Origin: Clostridia bacterium
GTDB lineage: Bacteria > Bacillota > Clostridia > Christensenellales > CAG-138
DNA: 64,000 nucleotides
Direction of reading: 5' to 3'
NCBI GenBank assembly: GCA_017539215.1
Contig: JAFYHI010000038.1
Location: forward strand, 134-64,133
Shown here: one piece after another, positions 38,810 to 47,981 of the stretch
How positions within the stretch are numbered: the first letter of the stretch is position 1
Layout: every line of letters begins with the position of its first letter
Program-made: the position numbers and the translations under genes
The notes under the pieces: generated by a model
The model's database searches: none
What the model was told of the DNA's origin: nothing
Seen by the model: the letters and a program-made list of their open reading frames with translations, nothing else

Positions 38810-40186
38810 ATGGAAAGCAAAAAGCTTATTGAACTCAAGGGCATCACAAAGGACTACGACGGCGACCTTGCACTTGACAACGTCGATCTTTACATTCGTG
38901 ACGGCGAGTTTTTGACGCTTCTCGGCCCGTCGGGCTGCGGCAAGACCACGCTGCTTCGCATCATAGCGGGCTTTATCACGCCCACTTCAGGCGAAGTGAT
39001 AATAGACGGCGTCGATATGAACGGCGTTCCTCCCCATAAAAGGCAGGTCAACACCGTCTTCCAGAAATACGCTCTGTTCCCTCATCTTAATGTATTCGAC
39101 AATATAGCGTTCGGATTAAAGCTCAAGCGCACTCCCAAGGCGCAGATCGAAGAAAAGGTCAACGCTATGCTCAGGCTTGTCAACCTCGAGGGCTACGGCA
39201 AGCGTTGGATCGATCAGCTTTCCGGCGGTCAGCAGCAGCGCATCGCCATTGCAAGGGCGCTCGTTAACGAGCCGAAGGTGCTGCTTTTGGACGAGCCTCT
39301 GGGCGCGCTCGACCTGAAGCTCAGGCAGGAAATGCAGGTGGAGCTCAAGCGCATGCAGCAACAGCTTGGCATAACCTTCGTGTTCGTCACGCACGACCAG
39401 GAGGAGGGGCTTACCATGTCACACACCATCGTCGTCATGAAGTATGGCATAATTCAGCAGATCGGCAAGCCCACCGACATATACAACGAGCCGAAGAATC
39501 CCTTCGTTGCCGATTTCATCGGCGAAAGCAATATCGTTCCTGCGGTCATGCTCGATGACTACAAGGTCCGCATGAAGGGGATGCTGTTCCCATGCGTTGA
39601 TTCGGGCTTCGGCAAGAACGTCGAGGTCGACGCCGTTATCCGTCCCGAGGATATCGACATCGTCGATCCGAAGGACGCGCGCATCTCCGGCAAGGTGGTG
39701 TCCGTTGTGTTCATGGGCGTTCATTATGAGGTGGACGTTGACTGCGGCGGCTACGAATGGGTCGTGCACACCACAGACGCGGTCGAGGCAGGCCAGCTCG
39801 TAGGCATTTCCATACCTCCCGACGCCATTCATATTATGAAGAAGACCCGCGCCACCAATCTCTTCGACGCCGAAGTATGGCCCGGCGAAGGCATGATCTA
39901 TATCGACAACGTCGGCTTTGAGGCAAACGGCCTTGACGAATATGAGAATAAAGAGATCGCGCTTGTCGAGATTGACCCCAAAAAGGTCAGGATAGTCGCG
40001 CCGCAGGACGCCAAGCTCACGGGCACGGTCAAGGAGTGCATGTTCCTCGGCACACATTATCAGTTCACCGTTTCCTGCGAGGAGAACGACTGGATCGCCC
40101 ACTCCGACGAATTCATGGAGGAAGGCGAGGAGGTCGGCATAACCGTCGCGCCCGAGGACCTTGTCCTTACCGATAAGGAGGACTGA
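38810..40186 (+). CDS. potA: Spermidine/putrescine ABC transporter ATP-binding protein with duplicated C-terminal TOBE-like domain
   Basis: Walker [10 protein letters not shown], signature LSGGQQQR, Walker B LLLDEP, followed by two similar regulatory segments of about 105 aa each. Confidence 0.88.
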   Translation: MESKKLIELKGITKDYDGDLALDNVDLYIRDGEFLTLLGPSGCGKTTLLRIIAGFITPTSGEVIIDGVDMNGVPPHKRQVNTVFQKYALFPHLNVFDNIAFGLKLKRTPKAQIEEKVNAMLRLVNLEGYGKRWIDQLSGGQQQRIAIARALVNEPKVLLLDEPLGALDLKLRQEMQVELKRMQQQLGITFVFVTHDQEEGLTMSHTIVVMKYGIIQQIGKPTDIYNEPKNPFVADFIGESNIVPAVMLDDYKVRMKGMLFPCVDSGFGKNVEVDAVIRPEDIDIVDPKDARISGKVVSVVFMGVHYEVDVDCGGYEWVVHTTDAVEAGQLVGISIPPDAIHIMKKTRATNLFDAEVWPGEGMIYIDNVGFEANGLDEYENKEIALVEIDPKKVRIVAPQDAKLTGTVKECMFLGTHYQFTVSCEENDWIAHSDEFMEEGEEVGITVAPEDLVLTDKED

Positions 40187-40187
40187 G

Positions 40188-41000
40188 ATGAAGCGCAGGG
40201 TGTTCGCCTATCCGTATATTGTATGGATGATAATATTCATCGCTGTGCCGATGCTGTTCATATTCTACTACGCAGTAAACGTGAACGGCACGTTTACGCT
40301 TACAAAGTTCCTTGCCACCATCAGGGACGGCGGCAAATGGAGCACCCTTTGGCTCAGCGTTGTCATGGCCTTTAAGACCACGGTAATATGCCTGCTTCTG
40401 GGGTATCCCATAGCGTACATTTTATCCAATATGAAAAAGTCCGTCGCGGGCTTTATATCGGTGCTGTTCTTCGTTCCCATGTGGATGAACTTCGTATTGA
40501 GGACCTATGCGTGGCAGGCAATACTCGAGTACTTCCTGCCGGGTCTCCTGCACCTTAAAAACGGTACCCTCACGGGTACTGAAGGGGCGGTGCTTATGGT
40601 GCTGGTCTATAACTTCCTGCCGTTCATGGTAATGCCCCTGTACAATACGCTCTCCAAGCTTGATAAATCTTTGCTCGAGGCCTCGCGCGATCTTGGCGCG
40701 GGTTCGCTCCAGACCTTCACCCGTGTGGTGCTGCCTCTCTCCGTTCCGGGCATAGTATCCGGTATCACGATGGTTTTCATCCCCGCCATCACCGCGTTCA
40801 CCGTGCCCGCGCTTATCGGCAACGGCAAGTATAACCTTTACGGCAACGAGATAGAGCTGGCATTCAAGACTCTCTCCGGTCAGGGTGACTATGCCGTTGG
40901 CAGTACGCTTTCGATCATACTGCTCGTCTGTGTTCTCGTTTCCACGATCATAATGAACCGTGTGGACAAAGACCAGCAGGAAGGGGGTAAGCTCTGGTGA
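40188..41000 (+). CDS. potB: Spermidine/putrescine ABC transporter permease
   Basis: Polytopic protein with the EAA-type loop LLEASRDLGAGSLQTF. ATG follows GGAGGA. Confidence 0.85.
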   Translation: MKRRVFAYPYIVWMIIFIAVPMLFIFYYAVNVNGTFTLTKFLATIRDGGKWSTLWLSVVMAFKTTVICLLLGYPIAYILSNMKKSVAGFISVLFFVPMWMNFVLRTYAWQAILEYFLPGLLHLKNGTLTGTEGAVLMVLVYNFLPFMVMPLYNTLSKLDKSLLEASRDLGAGSLQTFTRVVLPLSVPGIVSGITMVFIPAITAFTVPALIGNGKYNLYGNEIELAFKTLSGQGDYAVGSTLSIILLVCVLVSTIIMNRVDKDQQEGGKLW

Positions 41001-41875
41001 AAAAGGTATTTAAGTCATTCAAGTACGTTTACCTTGCGCTGATGCTTTTCTTCCTGTATGCGCCTATAATCTACCTTATCGTGTTCTCGTTCAACGATTT
41101 TTCAACGGGCAGGCGCATATCCTACGCCAACATCGGCCAATGGAAGGGCTTTACCCTGCATAACTACGCCACGCTCTTCTCGGGCGAGGCGGGCAAGTCC
41201 CTGCTGCTGACGATAGAGATCGCCGCGATATCAAGCATTATCGCCACCGTCATCGGCACGGCTGCCGCGATCGGCATCAACTCCATGCGCAAGCGCACAA
41301 GGAACCTTGTGCTTAACGTCTCGCAGCTTCCCATGGTCAATCCCGACCTCGTCACGGGCATTACGTTCATGATGCTGTTTGCGTTCGTGAACTCGGTGCT
41401 GATCAAGCTGGGCCTCAATCAGGTCAGCGATATTATAAAGCTCCTTATCGCTCACATCTCGTTCAGCATACCGTACGTTATCTTCTCGGTGATGCCAAGG
41501 CTGCGTCAAAGCTCCGACCTTCTGTATGAGGCGGCTATGGACCTCGGCTGTTCCCCGATGCAGGCGCTTATGAAGGCCGTAATTCCCGACATAATGCCGG
41601 GCATCTCCTCGGGTTTTATTATGGCGCTCACCATGTCGCTTGACGACTTCGTTGTCAGCTACTTCGTATCTGACCTTAAGAGCGTGCTCTCGGTCTACAT
41701 CTACTCCTCCGCAAGGGGAGCAAAGGGCGTCAATCCGGCGCTCGCCACGGTTATATTCGTTCCTCTCGTTGCTTTGCTGCTGGCTGTCAATTTCAGACGC
41801 CTCGCTAAGGAACGCGAGTACGAAATACAGAACAAAAAAGTTAAACTCAAAGACAAGGGAGGAAACCTCAAATGA
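40997..41875 (+). CDS. potC: Spermidine/putrescine ABC transporter permease
   Basis: Polytopic protein with EAA loop LYEAAMDLGCSPMQAL. The GTG start overlaps the potB stop. Confidence 0.85.
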   Translation: MKKVFKSFKYVYLALMLFFLYAPIIYLIVFSFNDFSTGRRISYANIGQWKGFTLHNYATLFSGEAGKSLLLTIEIAAISSIIATVIGTAAAIGINSMRKRTRNLVLNVSQLPMVNPDLVTGITFMMLFAFVNSVLIKLGLNQVSDIIKLLIAHISFSIPYVIFSVMPRLRQSSDLLYEAAMDLGCSPMQALMKAVIPDIMPGISSGFIMALTMSLDDFVVSYFVSDLKSVLSVYIYSSARGAKGVNPALATVIFVPLVALLLAVNFRRLAKEREYEIQNKKVKLKDKGGNLK

Positions 41876-42969
41876 AGAAATTCTTGGCCGTGCTTTTGAC
41901 CTGCGTCATGCTGCTTGCGCTTACCGCCTGCACCGGCTCCAAAGAAGAAGAAGCCGACTACAGCTTCGCCGACGGCGATCAGTATGAGTACATCGGCGGC
42001 AGCCTTAACATACTCAACTGGGGCGAGTACATAGACCCCGAACTCATCGAGATATTCGAGGAGGAGACCGGCGTTACCGTTAACTACACCGAGATGACCA
42101 GCAACGAGGAGATGCTTATAAAGCTTCGCTCTCCGGACTGCGTCTACGATATGTGTTTCCCCTCCGATTATATCATTGAGCAGCTAATCGCAAGCGATAT
42201 GCTCCTGGAGCTTGACAAGTCCAAGATCCCCAACGTCAAGAACATAGAGGAGCGTATGTACGGCTTTACCGACGTTTTCGATCCGGGCAACAAGTATTCC
42301 GTTCCTTATATGTGGGGTACTGTCGGCATACTCTATAACAAGACCATGGTCGATGAAGAGGTCAACAGCTGGGATATCCTTTGGAACGAAAAGTACGCGG
42401 GCGAGATCTGGCAGTATGATTCCGTTCGTGACGCCATCGCGGTCTCGCTTCTGCGCCTCGGCTACGACATCAATACCAGGAATCCCGACGAGGTCAAAGA
42501 GGCCAAGGACGAGCTTATAAAGCAGATACCTCTTCTCAAGGGCCTCGGCACCGATAACATCCGCGGCTCCATGGAAAACGGCAAGGCCGCTCTTGCTGTC
42601 ATCTATTCGGGCGATGCTTTTGCCTGCATGGATGAGAACGAGGATCTTGACTACGTCGTTCCCGACGAGGGTTCCAACGTATGGTTCGATAACGTTGTTA
42701 TACTCAAGTCCGCCAAGAACACCGAGGCGGCGCATGCCTTCATCAACTTCCTCAACGACGCCAACCTTGCGGCAAGGAACACCGAATTCATTTTCTATTC
42801 CACACCCAATGGCGCCGCTATGGATCTGCTTGACGAATACTATACCGGGAACGAGACGTTCAATCCCTCCGACGAGACCCTCTCCCGCTGCAGCGTTTTC
42901 CACGACCTGGGCGATTTCGTAAACGTATTCAACGATGCGTGGTACGAGTTCAAGAGCAATCTCGACTGA
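41872..42969 (+). CDS. potD: Spermidine/putrescine ABC transporter substrate-binding lipoprotein
   Basis: Lipobox LLALTAC and PotD-type blocks (NWGEYI, VPYMWGT, SNVWFDN). Confidence 0.85.
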   Translation: MKKFLAVLLTCVMLLALTACTGSKEEEADYSFADGDQYEYIGGSLNILNWGEYIDPELIEIFEEETGVTVNYTEMTSNEEMLIKLRSPDCVYDMCFPSDYIIEQLIASDMLLELDKSKIPNVKNIEERMYGFTDVFDPGNKYSVPYMWGTVGILYNKTMVDEEVNSWDILWNEKYAGEIWQYDSVRDAIAVSLLRLGYDINTRNPDEVKEAKDELIKQIPLLKGLGTDNIRGSMENGKAALAVIYSGDAFACMDENEDLDYVVPDEGSNVWFDNVVILKSAKNTEAAHAFINFLNDANLAARNTEFIFYSTPNGAAMDLLDEYYTGNETFNPSDETLSRCSVFHDLGDFVNVFNDAWYEFKSNLD

Positions 42970-42983
42970 TAAGCTAAACCTTC

Positions 42984-43015
42984 GGGGCGGCGCATCTGCG
43001 CCGCCTCTTTTATTT
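42984..43015 (+). terminator. Intrinsic terminator after potD
   Basis: 10-bp GC stem (GGGGCGGCGC/GCGCCGCCTC) with loop ATCT, followed by TTTTATTT. Confidence 0.7.
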
Positions 43016-43082
43016 GCATAATGCAGAAAAACCTGCTATAATATTATGCGTACATAAATTATTCATGGAAGGAACTTTATTT

Positions 43083-44138
43083 ATGAAGATAGCTGTCATC
43101 TGCGGCGGCCTGAGCCCCGAAAGGGAAGTATCGCTCTCCACCGGAAGCACCGTAGCTTCCGCCCTGCGTCAAAAGGGCCATTTCGTTGCCCTGGTCGACT
43201 CAGCAGCAGACTACCCCTCCGACGTTATTTCGCTTTATTCGGATAAGGATTCCGGCGCTTCCGCCGTCATTCGCGAGGTCGCACCCGATATTGCCGCTCT
43301 TTCCGACAGGGTCGAGTACTTCGGCAAAAACGTTATCGCCGTCCTCAAAGAGGCCGATATAGTTTTCAACGCACTCCACGGCGGCGCCGGGGAGGACGGC
43401 AGGCTCCAGGCCTGTCTTGACCTGCTTGGCATAAAATATACCGGCACCGGCTCGTCCGGCTGTGCCGTTTCCATGGATAAAACCATCTGCAAGCGTATAA
43501 TGTTTCCTGTCGAGGGCGTCGATATGCCTGTGGGCGTTACGCTGAACCGCGGTGATTTCGAAGGGAACGAGCAGATCTATGCCGACGAAGTGCTTCAAAG
43601 GGTCGGTCTGCCAATGGTCGTAAAGCCCGCGTGCGGCGGGTCATCCGTCGGCGTTTCTATTGTCACCGATCGGGAGGAGCTGCTTCCCGCGATCGAGCTT
43701 GCCCTGTCGTACGAGCCGAAGGCCGTTGCAGAGCAGTACGTCAAGGGCCGCGAGTTCTCCTGCGGCGTGCTTGGAGGCCGTGCGCTGCCCGTTATCGAGA
43801 TACGCCCGAAGTCCGGTTTCTACGATTATAAAAACAAGTATCAGTCCGGCTGTACCGATGAGATATGCCCTGCGGACATTCCCGAGTCGGCGTCCGAGCG
43901 TATGAAAGCCGCCGCCGTCAAAATGCACGAGGAACTTGGCCTTTGCGCTTATTCGCGCACCGATTTTATTATGACCGAGGACGGCAGGGTCTGCGCGCTT
44001 GAGGCGAACACCCTTCCCGGCATGACTCCCATGAGCCTGCTTCCGCAGGAGGCCGCGGCGGCGGGCATAAGCTTTATCGAGCTTTGTCAAATCATCGTTG
44101 AGGAGAGCCTGAATAAGTATGATCGAACTGACTCTTAA
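43083..44138 (+). CDS. ddl: D-alanine--D-alanine ligase
   Basis: MKIAVICGGLSPEREVSL, ALHGGAGEDG, and ATP-grasp blocks ending in LEANTLPGMT. Confidence 0.92.
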   Translation: MKIAVICGGLSPEREVSLSTGSTVASALRQKGHFVALVDSAADYPSDVISLYSDKDSGASAVIREVAPDIAALSDRVEYFGKNVIAVLKEADIVFNALHGGAGEDGRLQACLDLLGIKYTGTGSSGCAVSMDKTICKRIMFPVEGVDMPVGVTLNRGDFEGNEQIYADEVLQRVGLPMVVKPACGGSSVGVSIVTDREELLPAIELALSYEPKAVAEQYVKGREFSCGVLGGRALPVIEIRPKSGFYDYKNKYQSGCTDEICPADIPESASERMKAAAVKMHEELGLCAYSRTDFIMTEDGRVCALEANTLPGMTPMSLLPQEAAAAGISFIELCQIIVEESLNKYDRTDS

Positions 44139-45471
44139 CGAGGTCCTCGAGGCGACGGGCGGCAGGGCGTTCGGAGCTTTTGCCGATTCGCCGATAACAG
44201 GCGTCACGCTCGACAGCCGCAAGGCGGAAAAGGGCGGCCTTTTCGTTGCGATAAAGGGCGAAAAAGCCGACGGTCACAGCTTCGTTCCAAAGCTTGAAGG
44301 CATAGTCTCCGCTGCGCTGGTCGAGCATCCGGTAGACTGCGCCGTTGCGCAGATAATCGTGGATTCCACTTATCGTGCGGTCGGCGATATCGCGCGCCTC
44401 ATACGCGAAAAGTCCGGCGTTTACGTTGTTGGCGTCACAGGGTCCGTCGGCAAGACCACCGCAAAGGAGATGACCGCTGCAGTCATTTCCAGGCGTTTTT
44501 GCGTGCATAAGACCGAGAAAAACCATAATAACGAGCTTGGCCTTCCCATCACGCTTTTTGCATTGGAGCCGGAGCATGAGGTTGCCGTTCTCGAAATGGG
44601 CATAAGCTATTTCGGCGAGATGAGCCGCATTTCGGCAATTGCACGTCCCGACCTTGCCGTTTTCACCAATATAGAAAACGTCCATACCGAAAACCTCGGC
44701 GACCGTGCCGGAGTGCTTCGCGCAAAGACCGAGCTTGTAGCCAATATGCGCGGCAATACGCTTATTCTCAACGCTGAGGACGACAAGCTTGCCTCTTACA
44801 AGCTCCCCAACGGCAAAAAGGCCGTGTACTACGGGTTTTCTCCCGCCTGCTTCACCTATGCTTCGGACGTCGTCTATAACGGCATGGACTCCGCTTCGTT
44901 CACGCTCCATATGGGCAAGGATTCCATAAACGTGCTTCTTCCCGCCTCCGGAAGGCATCACGTACTCGACGCGCTTGCCGCTGCCGCCGCGGGTCACGAG
45001 ATGGGCCTAACTATGGAGGAGATCAGGGACGGCCTCGAAAGCTTTAAAAACGTGGGCGGGCGCATGGAGCGAATCCCCTTCAAGGGCGCCGTTATAGTCA
45101 ATGACTGTTATAACGCAAGCCCCGCTTCCATGTGCGCGAGCCTTGACGTGCTTGCAAGGGCCGGAGGACGCAAGATAGCGCTTCTGGGCGATATGCTGGA
45201 GCTTGGCGAGAACGAGGCCGAGCTTCACCGTTCCGTCGGCCGCAAGGCGGCGGAGGTGGGGCTGTATGCGCTTGTCGCCGTCGGTCAAAGGGCCGCCTTC
45301 ATCGGTGAAGGCGCGCGGGAGGCGGGCTTTGAAAACGTCGTGTTTTCTGATAAGGACGGCGCGGCGGAGTACCTTTCGTCCATCCTTTGCGAGGGCGATA
45401 CTCTGCTTGTAAAAGCCTCGCGCGGCATGGCGCTTGAGGACGTCATTGCCAATATCAAAGACAGGGGGTAA
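44119..45471 (+). CDS. murF: UDP-N-acetylmuramoyl-tripeptide--D-alanyl-D-alanine ligase
   Basis: Mur ligase P-loop GVTGSVGKTT plus MurF blocks (DCYNASP, LGDMLELG). Confidence 0.92.
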   Translation: MIELTLNEVLEATGGRAFGAFADSPITGVTLDSRKAEKGGLFVAIKGEKADGHSFVPKLEGIVSAALVEHPVDCAVAQIIVDSTYRAVGDIARLIREKSGVYVVGVTGSVGKTTAKEMTAAVISRRFCVHKTEKNHNNELGLPITLFALEPEHEVAVLEMGISYFGEMSRISAIARPDLAVFTNIENVHTENLGDRAGVLRAKTELVANMRGNTLILNAEDDKLASYKLPNGKKAVYYGFSPACFTYASDVVYNGMDSASFTLHMGKDSINVLLPASGRHHVLDALAAAAAGHEMGLTMEEIRDGLESFKNVGGRMERIPFKGAVIVNDCYNASPASMCASLDVLARAGGRKIALLGDMLELGENEAELHRSVGRKAAEVGLYALVAVGQRAAFIGEGAREAGFENVVFSDKDGAAEYLSSILCEGDTLLVKASRGMALEDVIANIKDRG

Positions 45472-45475
45472 CGGA

Positions 45476-46609
45476 ATGGAACTTAAGCTTGATACCGGTG
45501 TAACCTATGCCGTGGCGCTTTCCGGCGGCGGGGCAAAGGGCGGTTACGAAGTAGGCGTTTGGCGTGCGCTTGAAGAAGCCGGTATAAAATACGACGCCGT
45601 AAGCGGCACTTCGGTCGGCGCATTGAACGGCGCGTTTATGACCATGCGCGATCTCGATACCGCGGAATCCGTATGGCGCAACATACGCTATTCCGACGTA
45701 ATGGACGTTGACGATGAAAACATGGGCAAGCTTTTTGACAAGAACGTTCGCGGCATCGACATAGGCGGCATGTTCAAAAAGGCTTACGCTACCGTGCGCG
45801 ACGGCGGCTTTGACATTACGCCTCTTCGCAATATGCTCCATAAATACATCGACACCAAGAGGATAAAGAGCTCCGACGTCGAGTTCTTTATCGTAACCTA
45901 TTCCATCAGCGACAGACGTGAACTGCCCATTGCGGTCAAGTCTCTTCCTGATGACGATATCTGCGATATGCTCCTTGCGAGCGCTTATTTCCCTGCGTTC
46001 AAGAACGAGCCGCTGACCGGCGGGCGCAGGTTCACGGACGGAGGTCTGACCGACGTGCTTCCCATCACGCCGCTCATTCAGCACGGCAGGAGGAACATCA
46101 TCGCCGTGCGTTTGCGCGACGGCCTCGGTCACGAAAAACGCATCCGCCCGACCGACGCAGTTAAGATCACCTATATCGAACCCAAACGCAAGCTCGGCAA
46201 CACGCTGAACTTCTCGTCTGAGCAGGCAAGGTTCAATATGGAGCTGGGCTATTATGACGCCAAAAGGGTACTCTATGGGCTTGGCGGCGACTACTACTAT
46301 TATGAGCGCACCATAAACGAGCAACAGGCGCTGGACGAGCTTATCTCCATTGTCCGTGCGGCATATCCGAAGCAGCCGGAAGATCTGTCGCTTCGCCGCA
46401 TACACGAGGTCTGCATTCCGCGCATCGCGCACGAAGCCGGCGCCGAAGGAGACTATTGCGACGTCCTGATGAGATGGGCCGAGCTTGAAGCGCAGCGGCA
46501 GGGCATACCGGAGTTCCGGATCATGAAGGATACCGAGCTTGTCGAGCTGGTCAAAGCCGGACTGAACGGAGACTCAAGCAAAACCCTTGCCAAAGCCGTG
46601 CGCAGGTGA
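45476..46609 (+). CDS. Patatin-like phospholipase family protein
   Basis: Oxyanion GGGAKG, nucleophile GTSVGA and catalytic FTDGG motifs. Confidence 0.82.
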   Translation: MELKLDTGVTYAVALSGGGAKGGYEVGVWRALEEAGIKYDAVSGTSVGALNGAFMTMRDLDTAESVWRNIRYSDVMDVDDENMGKLFDKNVRGIDIGGMFKKAYATVRDGGFDITPLRNMLHKYIDTKRIKSSDVEFFIVTYSISDRRELPIAVKSLPDDDICDMLLASAYFPAFKNEPLTGGRRFTDGGLTDVLPITPLIQHGRRNIIAVRLRDGLGHEKRIRPTDAVKITYIEPKRKLGNTLNFSSEQARFNMELGYYDAKRVLYGLGGDYYYYERTINEQQALDELISIVRAAYPKQPEDLSLRRIHEVCIPRIAHEAGAEGDYCDVLMRWAELEAQRQGIPEFRIMKDTELVELVKAGLNGDSSKTLAKAVRR

Positions 46610-46612
46610 CTT

Positions 46613-47167
46613 ATGCCGCGGCCCGATATTTCGCTTTCGAAGGAGCTGCCAACAGCCGATTTCGTGCGTGATTACGTTGATATCCCGCTTTGCGAAAACG
46701 GCTGTTCGCATTGCGTGCGCTATGGTAAATACTGGACCTGCCCGCCCTTCGGCTTTTCAAGGCTCGAATTCTGGACCCGCTATTCTGCCGTGCTGCTTTA
46801 CGGCAAAAAGGTTTTTGTTTCAGAGTCCCTAAGACGGGAACCGCTTCCCGATACCGTGCTGTATGATGAATGGGAAAGGCTCCTGGCTCCCTCCAAAAAG
46901 AGGCTTATGGCCGAGCTTTACGCAATGGAGCAGAGTACGCCCGGCTCGCTTGCGCTCTCCTGCGGTGGCTGCGGGCTCTGCGCAAGCTGTACACGCCCGC
47001 AGGGCGAACCCTGCCGAAACAGCGACCGTATGCGCTGGTCGGTCGAAGCGCTGGGCGCCAACGTCGAAAAATGCGTAAGCGAGCTTTTGGGCGAAAAACT
47101 CCTCTGGGCGGAGGGCGGGAAACTTCCCGAATACTTCGTGCTCATGGGAGCCTTGCTGATACCGTAA
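46613..47167 (+). CDS. Cys-rich predicted metal-binding protein (DUF2284-like)
   Basis: Cys clusters CENGCSHCVRYGKYWTCPP and CGGCGLCASC...C. 184 aa. Confidence 0.6.
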   Translation: MPRPDISLSKELPTADFVRDYVDIPLCENGCSHCVRYGKYWTCPPFGFSRLEFWTRYSAVLLYGKKVFVSESLRREPLPDTVLYDEWERLLAPSKKRLMAELYAMEQSTPGSLALSCGGCGLCASCTRPQGEPCRNSDRMRWSVEALGANVEKCVSELLGEKLLWAEGGKLPEYFVLMGALLIP

Positions 47168-47190
47168 CGATTTCCCCTTAACAGGGGTTT

Positions 47191-47931
47191 TTAAGTATCC
47201 CCAAGCTCCTTCTGTGCTTTATAGTTCAATATCCCTTCGCATATACCAAGCGCGATAGTGCTGCGGTATTCTTCCGTCTGAAGCAGCGCCTCGTCGTCCG
47301 GGTTTGACAAAAACCCGCATTCAACAAGTACCGAAGGCGCTTTAGGTACCCTCAGCACAAACAGGTCTTCGGGGTTTGACTGCCTTGGTGTACGGCAGGT
47401 TCGCTCGCAAAGCGCACCCATCACGCAGTCTGCAAGCTGTTTTCCTTCGGTCGAACCCTTCATATAAAACACCATCGGCCCGGATACCGTGCTGTCACGG
47501 AATTTGTTCATGTGTATGCTTACAGCGATATCGGCGCCATCGGTGCAAAGTATCCGCTTGCGCTCCTGCATATCCTCGTTCTTCGTTTCGCCTATAGCGC
47601 CTTCGTCCGTACGCGTCATATATACGCCTATGCCGCGCGAAAGAAGCAGGTTTTTAAGTTCCTTTGCAACCAACAGATTAAGCTCCGATTCGACAGTACC
47701 GCCGTTTCCAACGGCGCCTCCGTCAAATCCGCCGTGACCCGCGTCGATCACGACGGTAAACGCGGAGGCGGGGGAGGCGGATGCCGTTTCTTCGGCGTCA
47801 TCCACGCCCGCTATCGTCATTATGCTGTCCGTACCCGTAAGACCGAGCCAGGCAAGGCTCAATGTCCCCGCCATAACGAGCAGAGTCAAAAGCACGTCCC
47901 CCGCTTTTTTCAGCGATCGATCAATATGCAA
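47191..47931 (-). CDS. N-acetylmuramoyl-L-alanine amidase (Amidase_3, CwlD-like)
   Basis: Zinc and catalytic motifs are intact (IDAGHGG, ESELNL, SIHMN, ECGFLSN). TTG start at 47931 lies 6 nt after GGAGGTG and gives an N-terminal TM helix. Confidence 0.82.
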   Translation of the reverse strand: MHIDRSLKKAGDVLLTLLVMAGTLSLAWLGLTGTDSIMTIAGVDDAEETASASPASAFTVVIDAGHGGFDGGAVGNGGTVESELNLLVAKELKNLLLSRGIGVYMTRTDEGAIGETKNEDMQERKRILCTDGADIAVSIHMNKFRDSTVSGPMVFYMKGSTEGKQLADCVMGALCERTCRTPRQSNPEDLFVLRVPKAPSVLVECGFLSNPDDEALLQTEEYRSTIALGICEGILNYKAQKELGDT

Positions 47932-47981
47932 AAAAATCACCTCCCGCCAAAATGTATGGGAGGTGACTGAAGAATAGACCC

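Noticed and set aside
45455-46432. 325-aa ORF antisense to the patatin-like gene
   Set aside because: The sense strand has the GGGxxG/GxSxG/DGG patatin motifs. The antisense frame is unsupported.
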